Source: Mycoplasmoides pneumoniae FH (GTDB taxonomy: Bacteria > Bacillota_I > Bacilli_A > Mycoplasmatales > Mycoplasmoidaceae). From it: a stretch of DNA of 32,000 bases. Where the stretch lies: NCBI RefSeq assembly GCF_001272835.1, contig NZ_CP010546.1, positions 182,809 to 214,808 on the forward strand, in the 5' to 3' direction. Positions 1-9,379 of this stretch are shown here, in pieces. Position numbers and translations under genes: made by a program. Numbering within the stretch: the first letter of the stretch is position 1; each line of letters opens with the position of its first letter. A model generated the notes under the pieces. That model did no database searches, was not told where the DNA came from, and saw nothing but the letters and a program-made list of their open reading frames with translations.

Positions 1-1
1 C

Positions 2-1420
2 CCCCGGCCCTGAGCGGCCTTTCGTGGCAGTTGGGTCAACCGGTTGGGCCGCGTGGAGAGTGTGTGGGATTTGAAGGGGGTGTGGGCGGATCAAGCTCAG
101 TCCGACTCGCAAGGATCTACCACCACCGCAACAAGGGACGCCTTACCGGAGCACCCGAATGCTTTGGCCTTTCAGGTGAGTGTGGTGGAAGCGAGTGCTT
201 ACAAGCCAAACACGAGCTCCGGCCAAACCCAATCCACTAACAGTTCCCCCTACCTGCACTTGGTGAAGCCTAAGAAAGTTATCCAATCCGACAAGTTAGA
301 CGACGATCTTAAAAACCTGTTGGACCCCAACCAGGTTCGCACCAAGCTGCGCCAAAGCTTTGGTACAGACCATTCCACCCAGCCCCAGCCCCAATCGCTC
401 AAAACAACGACACCGGTATTTGGGACGAGTAGTGGTAACCTCAGTAGTGTGCTTAGTGGTGGGGGTGCTGGAGGGGGTTCTTCAGGCTCAGGTCAATCTG
501 GCGTGGATCTCTCCCCCGTTGAAAAAGTGAGTGGGTGGCTTGTGGGGCAGTTACCAAGCACGAGTGACGGAAACACCTCCTCCACCAACAACCTCGCGCC
601 TAATACTAATACGGGGAATGATGTGGTGGGGGTTGGTCGACTTTCTGAAAGCAACGCCGCAAAGATGAACGACGATGTTGATGGTATTGTACGCACCCCA
701 CTCGCTGAACTGTTAGATGGGGAAGGACAAACAGCTGACACTGGTCCACAAAGCGTGAAGTTCAAGTCTCCTGACCAAATTGACTTCAACCGCTTGTTTA
801 CCCACCCAGTCACCGATCTGTTTGATCCGGTAACTATGTTGGTGTATGACCAGTACATACCGCTGTTTATTGATATCCCAGCAAGTGTGAACCCTAAAAT
901 GGTTCGTTTAAAGGTCTTGAGCTTTGACACCAACGAACAGAGCTTAGGTCTCCGCTTAGAGTTCTTTAAACCTGATCAAGATACCCAACCAAACAACAAC
1001 GTTCAGGTCAATCCGAATAACGGTGACTTCTTACCACTGTTAACGGCCTCCAGTCAAGGTCCCCAAACCTTGTTTAGTCCGTTTAACCAGTGACCTGATT
1101 ACGTGTTGCCGTTAGCGATCACTGTACCTATTGTTGTGATTGTGCTCAGTGTTACCTTAGGACTTGCCATTGGAATCCCAATGCACAAGAACAAACAGGC
1201 CTTGAAGGCTGGGTTTGCGCTATCAAACCAAAAGGTTGATGTGTTGACCAAAGCGGTTGGTAGTGTCTTTAAGGAAATCATTAACCGCACAGGTATCAGT
1301 CAAGCGCCAAAACGCTTGAAACAAACCAGTGCGGCTAAACCAGGAGCACCCCGCCCACCAGTACCACCAAAGCCAGGGGCTCCTAAGCCACCAGTGCAAC
1401 CACCTAAAAAACCCGCTTAG
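2..1420 (+). CDS. p1: P1 cytadhesin, C-terminal 472 codons (5' end lies outside the window)
   Basis: The frame is open from the window edge to TAG 1418-1420 if TGA 1091-1093 is read as Trp ([13 protein letters not shown]). It has a TM helix ([25 protein letters not shown]) and the tail [25 protein letters not shown], which I recognise as the P1 adhesin C-terminus. The ORF6 gene follows 5 nt downstream, as in the P1 operon. Confidence 0.9.
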
Positions 1421-1425
1421 TATTT

Positions 1426-4400
1426 ATGAAATCGAAGCTAAAGTTAAAACGTTATTTACTGTTTTTACCACTTTTACCGCTAGGGACGTTGTCACTAGCC
1501 AACACCTACCTCCTCCAAGACCACAACACCCTCACCCCCTACACGCCCTTTACGACACCGCTCAATGGGGGGCTGGATGTCGTGCGCGCCGCCCATTTAC
1601 ACCCCTCATTCGAACTCGTGGACTGAAAGCGGGTGGGGGATACCAAGTTGGTGGCGCTGGTCCGCTCAGCGTTGGTCAGGGTGAAATTCCAGGACACAAC
1701 GAGTTCGGATCAAAGTAATACCAACCAAAATGCCTTGAGTTTTGATACCCAAGAATCACAGAAGGCACTTAATGGCTCGCAGAGTGGATCTTCTGACACT
1801 TCCGGGTCTAACTCCCAAGACTTCGCCAGCTATGTCCTCATCTTTAAAGCCGCGCCCAGGGCCACGTGGGTGTTTGAACGCAAGATTAAGTTGGCGTTGC
1901 CCTACGTTAAGCAGGAAAGTCAGGGTTCCGACGATCAAGGTTCCAATGGTAAGGGCTCCCTCTACAAAACCCTCCAAGACCTCCTCGTCGAACAACCCGT
2001 GACCCCTTACACCCCGAATGCGGGGTTAGCCCGGGTGAATGGGGTTGCTCAGGATACGGTTCATTTTGGTTCGGATCAAGAATCGAGTTGGAATTCCCAA
2101 CGTTCCCAAAAAGGCCTTAAAAACAACCCCGGACCCAAAGCCGTCACCGGCTTTAAGCTCGATAAGGGCCGCGCGTACCGGAAGCTGAATGAAAGTTGAC
2201 CGGTGTATGAACCCCTGGATTCGACGAAGAATGGCAAGGGGAAGGATAAAGATGGGTGAACCACTTCCGGGGCGAGTGAGGCCAAAGGAGATGCCCCGTT
2301 GGTGAGCTCAACCGAGAGTCAAATGGCTGCAGTCACAGACAGTCAGCAATCAGGTCATAACAGTGGATTGGTATCGCTTGCCCAGCGCTCCACTACTGTT
2401 GCTGTCCAAAAAAGTGACTCTTCTGGTTCTCAAGGCCAAGGCACAACCGACAACAAATTCCAAAAATATTTAAACACCGCCCAGGCCTTGCACCAGATGG
2501 GGGTGATAGTGCCATCTTTGGAAACGTGACCTGGTAAACCAAGTACTGGAATCGCTACCCGTGCTGGTGGTGGTGTTTCAGTCCAAGCAGCGACCCGGCA
2601 ATCGTCTTCTACAAATGAAGATCTGCCGAATGTAATAACACAGTTATACCACACCTCCACGTCCCAACTCGCTTACTTAAATGGCCAGATCGTTGTGATG
2701 GGTTCAAACGCGGTACCGAGTTTGTGGTATTGGGTCGTGGATGAGCGAACCACGTCCGGGAGGGCGACTTGATGAGCCCACACCGAGTTGAACTGGGGCA
2801 CCGACAAGCAGAAGCAGTTTGTGGAGAATCAGCTTGGTTTTAAAGATGACTCAAATTCTTCCTTGACAAACTTCAAGAGTCAAGGCTTAACTCAGCCAGC
2901 TTACCTCATCGCCGGCCTTGACGTTGTCCAAGACCACCTCGTCTTTGCGGCCTTCAAAGCGGGCGCGGTGGGGTATGATATGACGACTGATTCGAACGCT
3001 TCCACCAAAGACCAAGCGCTCGCCTGGTCGACCACGGCCGGGTTGGACAGTGATGGGGGGTACAAGGCCTTGGTGGAAAACACGGCCGGGCTCAACGGCC
3101 CGATTAATGGCTTGTTTACCCTGCTCGACACCTTTGCGTATGTGACCCCCGTGAGTGGGATGAAAGGGGGGAGTCAGAATAATGAAGAAGTGCAAACGAC
3201 TTACCCGGTCAAGTCCGACCAAAAGGCCACCGCCAAAATTGCCTCCTTAATTAATGCCAGCCCACTCAACAGTTATGGGGATGATGGGGTGACCGTGTTT
3301 GATGCCCTGGGCCTTAACTTTAACTTTAAGTTGAACGAGGAGCGCTTGCCATCGCGCACCGACCAACTGCTTGTGTATGGGATTGTAAACGAAAGTGAAC
3401 TGAAGTCCGCACGGGAAAATGCCCAGTCGACCTCCGATGATAATTCAAACACCAAAGTCAAGTGAACCAACACCGCCTCGCACTACCTCCCCGTGCCGTA
3501 TTACTACAGTGCCAATTTCCCCGAAGCGGGTAACAGAAGGCGAGCGGAGCAGCGGAATGGGGTGAAGATTAGCACCTTGGAATCGCAAGCCACTGATGGC
3601 TTTGCCAACTCGTTACTTAACTTTGGTACCGGTCTTAAAGCCGGTGTTGACCCAGCTCCAGTAGCACGGGGTCATAAACCGAACTATAGTGCAGTACTAC
3701 TAGTGCGTGGTGGCGTTGTAAGGTTAAACTTTAACCCCGATACTGATAAACTGTTGGATTCTACTGACAAAAACAGTGAACCTATCTCCTTCTCCTATAC
3801 CCCATTTGGGTCTGCTGAAAGTGCCGTAGACCTCACCACGTTGAAGGATGTGACCTATATTGCTGAAAGTGGTCTGTGGTTCTATACCTTTGACAATGGT
3901 GAAAAACCAACGTACGATGGTAAACAACAACAGGTCAAAAACCGCAAGGGTTATGCTGTGATTACCGTATCACGTACCGGAATTGAATTTAACGAGGACG
4001 CTAATACCACAACCTTAAGCCAAGCCCCAGCTGCTTTGGCTGTCCAAAACGGGATTGCTTCCAGTCAGGACGACCTCACAGGCATCCTACCGTTATCCGA
4101 TGAGTTCTCCGCTGTGATTACCAAGGATCAAACATGGACCGGTAAGGTTGATATCTATAAGAACACCAACGGGTTGTTTGAAAAGGATGATCAGCTATCG
4201 GAAAACGTGAAGAGGCGTGACAACGGTTTGGTCCCTATTTACAACGAAGGTATCGTCGATATTTGGGGCAGAGTGGATTTTGCTGCCAACAGTGTTTTGC
4301 AAGCGCGTAACCTCACTGATAAAACGGTTGATGAGGTGATCAATAACCCCGATATCCTCCAAAGCTTCTTTAAGTTTACCCCAGCCTTTGATAACCAAAG

Positions 4401-4881
4401 AGCAATGCTAGTGGGGGAAAAGACATCGGATACTACCTTAACGGTTAAACCGAAGATTGAGTACTTGGATGGTAACTTCTATGGTGAGGATTCCAAGATT
4501 GCTGGAATTCCGCTCAACATTGATTTCCCTTCCCGGATTTTTGCTGGCTTTGCTGCTTTACCGTCCTGGGTCATTCCGGTATCAGTCGGTTCATCGGTGG
4601 GCATTCTCTTAATCCTGCTCATCTTAGGCCTTGGTATTGGAATTCCAATGTATAAGGTCCGCAAGCTTCAAGACTCCAGCTTTGTTGATGTGTTTAAAAA
4701 GGTGGATACGTTGACAACCGCTGTGGGTAGCGTGTACAAGAAGATTATCACCCAAACGAGTGTGATCAAAAAAGCTCCTAGTGCGTTGAAAGCTGCTAAT
4801 AACGCTGCTCCTAAAGCACCAGTTAAACCAGCTGCTCCAACAGCTCCAAGACCACCAGTCCAACCACCTAAAAAGGCTTAA
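1426..4881 (+). CDS. orf6: ORF6 protein of the P1 operon (P40/P90 precursor), 1151 codons
   Basis: Five ORF-track pieces (1426, 1633, 2299, 2788, 3493) share one frame. I read the gaps between them and they contain only TGA, no TAA or TAG. The N-terminus MKSKLKLKRYLLFLPLLPLGTLSLANTYLLQDHNTLTPYTPF is recognised as M. pneumoniae ORF6. The C-terminus has a TM helix and a P1-like tail ending [10 protein letters not shown]. Confidence 0.9.
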
Positions 4882-4904
4882 CGATTAAGCCCCAACAGAA
4901 AGAA

Positions 4905-4934
4905 GCACAACTGTAAAAAGGTTGTGTTTTTTTT
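4905..4934 (+). terminator. Rho-independent terminator after the P1/ORF6 operon
   Basis: Stem gcacaac (4905-4911) pairs with gttgtgt (4921-4927; 6 Watson-Crick pairs plus one G-U). The loop is tgtaaaaag and a T-run follows to 4934. It lies 24 nt after the ORF6 stop. Confidence 0.7.
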
Positions 4935-4997
4935 CATATTTACAACTTTTTGCTTTTTTGTTGGCACATTACCTTCCTAGTGCAATTTAGAAGGTGT

Positions 4998-5525
4998 ATG
5001 AGTCATAAAGATTTTAATGGGCTTCAAGCCCCTCAGTTGTTAAGTTCGAGTTCCCCTGTTGCAAAGAAACAAAGTAGTCATAAACTCAGGCATGCCTTAA
5101 AGCACGCCCGTTACTTAAACCATAGTAGTAAGCGTACCCTCAAGCATGCCTTAGAGCTGCATGAAGACAACCAGGTCTTACTGGAAAAAGAAGGTAGTCC
5201 TAACTTCCAGGACTGGCTTTCTAAGCAACCTGGCGTCAATAAAACCAGCCTTAAGTACAACAAAAGCTTGGGTAGTTGAATCTCTAAGGAAAGTAAACCG
5301 AAAAAGCGTTTTCAACCGTACTTTACGTACAAGGACAGTAAAACTACTCCAGAAGAGGCCAAAGCCTTGCAGCAAATGAAACAATCCCAAAAGCGCTTCT
5401 TTCACGAAAATATGCACAGCTTTCTCAATGAAGTTGCACATAACCCAATGATCCAGCGCTTTAATCAAAAGCAGGCCAAACGGGCTGCTAATACGCGACA
5501 ACGCACTTACAAATACCGTCAGTAA
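4998..5525 (+). CDS. Small basic hypothetical protein (175 aa) downstream of ORF6
   Basis: ATG 4998 is preceded by the SD-like aaggtg (4991-4996). ORF-track 4950..5279 continues in frame through TGA 5277-5279 to TAA 5523-5525. The product is Lys/Arg/Gln-rich with no domain I recognise. Confidence 0.6.
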
Positions 5526-5629
5526 CAATGCACAAGATTAAACACTATAAACCCTTAAAGCGCAAGACCTGGTTAAACAAGGTTTCCAAGCAACGCCGCG
5601 AGCGCATGTCCGCTAAGTGCTATCAACCA

Positions 5630-7340
5630 CCTAAGAGAGAAGTGATGCAGCCAACTTGAAAGAGTTAGCACCACCTGATCCCACTTCTCCCCCACGCTTT
5701 CCCGTTTCTCCACCGGGTTCAACCTTGTGGGGTCTGTTCTGGACCAGGTGTTGGATTATATTCCCTGGATTGGGAATGGGTACAGGTATGGGAATAACCA
5801 CCGGGGCGTGGATGATATAACCGCGCCTCAAACCAGCGCGGGGTCGTCCAGCGGAACTAGTACGAACACAAGTGGTTCGCGTTCCTTTTTCCCGACGTTT
5901 TCCAACATCGGCGTTGGCCTCAAAGCGAATGTCCAAGCCACCCTCGGGGGCAGTCAGACGACGACTGTGGGCGGTTCGCCTTGAAGAACCCTCGACCAAG
6001 CCAACCTCCAGCTCTGAACGGGGGCGGGGTGAAGGAATGATAAGGCTTCAAGTGGACAAAGTGACGAAAACCACACCACCTTTAAAAGCGCTACGGGGAT
6101 GGGCCAGCAGGGACAATCAGGTACCTCCGCGGGGAATCCAGACTCGTTAAAGCAGGATAAGATTAGTAAGAGTGGGGATAGTTTAACCACGCAGGACGGC
6201 AATGCGACCGGTCAACAAGAGGCCACCAACTACACCAACCTCCCCCCCAACCTCACCCCCACCGCTGATTGACCGAACGCGCTGTCATTCACCAACAAGA
6301 ACAACGCGCATCGCGCCCAGCTCTTCCTTCGCGGCTTGTTGGGCAGCATCCCGGTGTTGGTGAATCGAAGTGGGTCCGATTCCAACAAATTCCAAGCCAC
6401 CGACCAAAAATGGTCCTACACCGACTTACAGTCGGACCAAACCAAACTGAACCTCCCCGCTTACGGTGAGGTGAATGGGTTGTTGAATCCGGCGTTGGTG
6501 GAAACCTATTTTGGGAACACGCGAGCGGGTGGTTCGGGGTCCAACACGACCAGTTCACCCGGTATCGGTTTTAAAATTCCCGAACAAAATAATGATTCCA
6601 AAGCCACCCTGATCACCCCCGGGTTGGCTTGAACGCCCCAGGACGTCGGTAACCTCGTTGTCAGTGGTACCAGCTTGAGCTTCCAGCTCGGCGGGTGGCT
6701 GGTCAGCTTCACGGACTTTATCAAACCCCGCGCGGGTTATTTGGGCCTCCAGTTAAGTGGCCTGGATGCCAGTGACAGCGACCAAAGGGAGTTAATTTGG
6801 GCCAAGCGGCCCTGAGCGGCCTTTCGTGGCAGTTGGGTCAACCGGCTGGGCCGCGTGGAGAGTGTGTGGGATTTAAAGGGGGTGTGGGCGGATCAAGCTC
6901 AGTTGGCCGCGCAAGCAGCTACAAGTGAAGCTTCCGGGTCAGCTTTGGCACCGCACCCGAATGCTTTGGCGTTTCAGATGAGTGTGGTGGAAGCGAGTGC
7001 TTACAGCTCTTCAACCTCAAGTTCGGGTTCCGGGTCAAGTTCAAACACCTCCCCCTACCTCCATTTGATTAAACCTAAGAAAGTCGAAAGCACGACCCAA
7101 CTCGACCAGGGCTTAAAAAACCTGTTGGACCCCAACCAGGTTCGCACCAAGCTGCGCTAAAGCTTTGGTACAGACCATTCCACCCAGCCCCAGCCCCAAT
7201 CGCTCAAAACAACGACACCGGTATTTGGGACGAGTAGTGGTAACATTGGCAGTGTGCTTAGTGGTGGGGGTGCTGGAGGGGGTTCTTCAGGCTCAGATCA
7301 ATCTGGTGTGGACCTCTCCCCCGTTGAACGGGTGAGTGGT
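5630..7340 (+). repeat. Silent P1-gene repeat copy (RepMP2/3 type)
   Basis: 6807-7339 aligns by eye to the expressed P1 3' region at 5-534 of this window. Near-identical blocks (2 mismatches in 6807-6902) alternate with a rewritten block (6903-7100). Upstream, 5650-6806 encodes [42 protein letters not shown]... and [28 protein letters not shown]..., which I recall from the P1 C-terminal half. The left boundary is approximate. Confidence 0.8.
5727..7160 (+). CDS. P1-adhesin-like ORF carried by the silent repeat copy (probably not a functional adhesin; ends at a TAA where P1 has CAA)
   Basis: ORF-track pieces 5727, 6336 and 6855 share one frame and are joined by TGA codons. GTG 5727 is the first possible start after in-frame TAA 5574-5576. 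There is no signal peptide, TM helix or C-terminal tail. P1 homology continues 180 nt past the stop. Confidence 0.55.
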
Positions 7341-7342
7341 CA

Positions 7343-7450
7343 CTAACTATTAATAGGAACTTTTCTTATTAATAGGAACTTTTACTTTCAAAAAAGTTTT
7401 GAAGTTATTTTGGTGTCTTTACCAACTTTAAGCAATTTAGTGAACGAATA
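7343..7450 (+). repeat. Junction element copy 1 (shared with 14300-14388), with an internal 19-bp tandem duplication
   Basis: ctaactattaataggaactttt...actttcaaaaaagttttgaagttattttggtgtctttac(c/t)aactttaagcaatttag occurs at both sites. Copy 1 repeats (c)ttattaataggaactttt twice (7346-7364 and 7365-7383). It contains a terminator-like hairpin (about 7384-7405) followed by ttatttt. Confidence 0.75.
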
Positions 7451-7534
7451 CCCAAAAAGTATGAAATTAGTTAAATTAGCGAGGCTTCACCTCTTTTTAA
7501 AACAAGTTCAATTGCAACTTGTTCCTTTGTTTAG

Positions 7535-7716
7535 CCAAAACTTTTTGCAATTTTGTTGGCAGCTTTAAATAAACCGATCAATTTATTTAGCAATGACACA
7601 AAAATTAATATGTTGAATTTTTTAAATGAATCAACAATGGTATTGATCCCCGTTGGCAGCAGTGCTGCAAGTATTAGTTACTTTCCAAACCTTACAAAGA
7701 AAGGAGGTGATTTTTA
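7535..7716 (+). promoter_or_regulatory. Conserved 5' leader of the DUF16-type cassette (homologous to 11892-12065)
   Basis: Blocks shared with the second copy: aaaactttttgcaattttgttggca, tcaatttatttag, tgatccc(c/t)gttggca, a covarying 5-bp hairpin (7656-7668), agt(a/g)ttagtta and aaagaaaggagg (SD GGAGG at 7703-7707). Confidence 0.5.
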
Positions 7717-8256
7717 ATGTCTTACTCACCTTCACTTAAGGAAATTATTGCTATTTTGCAAAAATACACTTCGAAAAACTACCAGTCAAATTGCAAAACT
7801 AGACCCGATGGTAAGCTTGAATTATCATTAAATGGAGTTTTTGAAGAAATCGTGAAAACACCCGGTAAAACTAGGTACGTAACCCATAAACAGCTTGATC
7901 AGAAATTAAAAGATTTCAAGCAAGATCTGATGGTTGAGTTGCACGACACGTTTGCTACTAAAACTGATCTTAAAGAATCGGAAGCACGCATTAACCAAAA
8001 GTTAGAAGCACTAATTCAAATTGTTATGGTTCAGGGTGAGCAGATAAAAGTTCACGGCGAGCAAATTAACAAACTGACTCAAACTGTTGAAAAACAGGGC
8101 GAGAAAATTGAAGCTCAAGGACAACAAATTCAAAAAGTTAATGAAACTTTGAATTTTGTAGTTGAAAGCCTTGGATCTATCCACAAAAGACTCGATTCAA
8201 TGGAAGGCCGCTTGGACTCAATGGAAAACCGTCTTGACAAACTAGAGTCCAAGTAG
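7717..8256 (+). CDS. DUF16 / UPF0134 family coiled-coil protein (179 aa)
   Basis: ATG lies 9 nt after GGAGG. The C-terminal half is heptad coiled coil (GEQIKVHGEQINKLTQTVEKQGEKIEAQGQQIQ) and ends with RLDSMEGRLDSMENRLDKLESK, the signature I associate with the M. pneumoniae UPF0134 (RepMP1-linked) family. Confidence 0.85.
   Translation: MSYSPSLKEIIAILQKYTSKNYQSNCKTRPDGKLELSLNGVFEEIVKTPGKTRYVTHKQLDQKLKDFKQDLMVELHDTFATKTDLKESEARINQKLEALIQIVMVQGEQIKVHGEQINKLTQTVEKQGEKIEAQGQQIQKVNETLNFVVESLGSIHKRLDSMEGRLDSMENRLDKLESK
8188..8247 (+). repeat. 21-bp (heptad) tandem repeat coding RLDSMEx, about 2.7 units
   Basis: aga ctc gat tca atg gaa ggc / cgc ttg gac tca atg gaa aac / cgt ctt gac aaa cta. Confidence 0.7.
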
Positions 8257-8261
8257 TTCTA

Positions 8262-8316
8262 ATGGAAATAAAAATTCGAGCAGTTATTCTTAGAGATTAG
8301 TTGCTGGTATTTTTAT
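8262..8316 (+). terminator. Degenerate copy of the cassette terminator (ends ggtatttttattc)
   Basis: The 3' arm ttgctggtatttttattcac matches the terminators at 12330-12367 and 15046-15080. The 5' arm (aataaaaattcgagcag) is diverged, so pairing is weaker. Confidence 0.35.
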
Positions 8317-8521
8317 TCACTTTGAAGAGAAAAATCATTTGTTTAAACTCAAAAAGGTCAATAATTTTTAAAAAATGCTGAGGTACAACCACCTTTTAAA
8401 AATTCCTTAGATATAAATCGCTAAACTATCTTTATTTATTTTGTATGTGCCAAATTATTTTTGACACATCAAATCAAATATTATTTTTTATCATTCCCCT
8501 AAATTTCAGGGGTATTTGAGT

Positions 8522-9373
8522 ATGCGATTTAAATATGGTGCAGTTGCTTTTAGTGGCTTTTTAGGTCTAGCAGTGATGTTGGCTAGTTGTGGTGCTAAAG
8601 GGCGTTTTGACCAGGTTGATGATGGCAAAATTAAGCTAGCTTCTTCACTTACCGGTAAGCGCGATGTGATACTGAAAGAAGTGCTCAACAAATATAACAG
8701 TCGCAAAGCCAAGGACGATTATCCGATTGAAATAACCAAAATAGCCGGTAGCTATGATGGTGGTCGATCTGATCTGCAAACGCGGTTGAGTGTCAAGGAT
8801 AAAACAACCTTTTACAACATGATCTTGAATTATTCTGACACCATTTCTACTTTAGGTCGCAGTAACATGGAACTACCATTAGATAGCGTTGACGTATCAC
8901 AGTTTTCAGAAAACTTCTTGAGCTTTAATGACCGCATAAGTGGTATTTCCAGAAAAGGCATTTACGGCATTCCGGTATCAATGTCAACTGATATCCTAGT
9001 AATCAACGGGCCGGTATTGCACTATATTTTGAATAGTGCAAAAAAGAAAGATGGTGCAGTAACTAAGAAAAACGCAAGTAATTCCAATGGTAACGAAGGA
9101 ACGTTAACAGTAAATAACGATCAACAAACCACTGAACTATGAAAAAAGATTGAAGAAGCCGCTAAAACTAACGGTAAAACTACCCAAGAACAAACAAAAA
9201 GAGATGCAAAACAAAGTACATCCTTAATCCAACTAAAAGAAGGATCTGCAAATACAACCGAAGGCAATGCTTCAGAAAGTGATAAAGAAATCAAAAAATC
9301 TTGAGGCAATTACCAAGAAGTAGATGGTGGTCTTAAGGGCTATACCTTCAAAGCAAGCGTCTTTGAAAACTAA
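8522..9373 (+). CDS. Lipoprotein, N-terminal fragment of a disrupted paralogue of 15317-17791
   Basis: Signal peptide plus lipobox ([27 protein letters not shown]). The frame reads through TGA 9140 and 9302 and stops at TAA 9371-9373, exactly where the intact paralogue has TGA (Trp, ENW). Confidence 0.75.
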
Positions 9374-9379
9374 AGTGAA

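Noticed and set aside
493-933. Long minus-strand ORFs inside P1, ORF6 and the silent repeat copies (for example 493-933, 2887-3222, 5631-5999, 6289-6558, 13130-13420).
   Set aside because: They lie antisense to strongly supported + strand genes in GC-rich, stop-poor sequence. They have low-complexity Gly/Arg/Pro-rich products and no start context. These are shadow ORFs.
1329-1718. Plus-strand alternative-frame ORFs overlapping P1/ORF6 and the ORF6-like copy (1329-1718, 1742-2002, 5872-6150, 12969-13286).
   Set aside because: They are out of frame with recognised adhesin sequence, and their products are Arg/Pro-rich frame-shift noise.
8461-8466. A perfect TTGACA upstream of lipoprotein 8522 as a -35 box.
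   Set aside because: No acceptable -10 lies at 16-18 nt spacing, and -35 boxes are weakly used in this organism as far as I know. The site is not conserved upstream of the paralogue at 15317.
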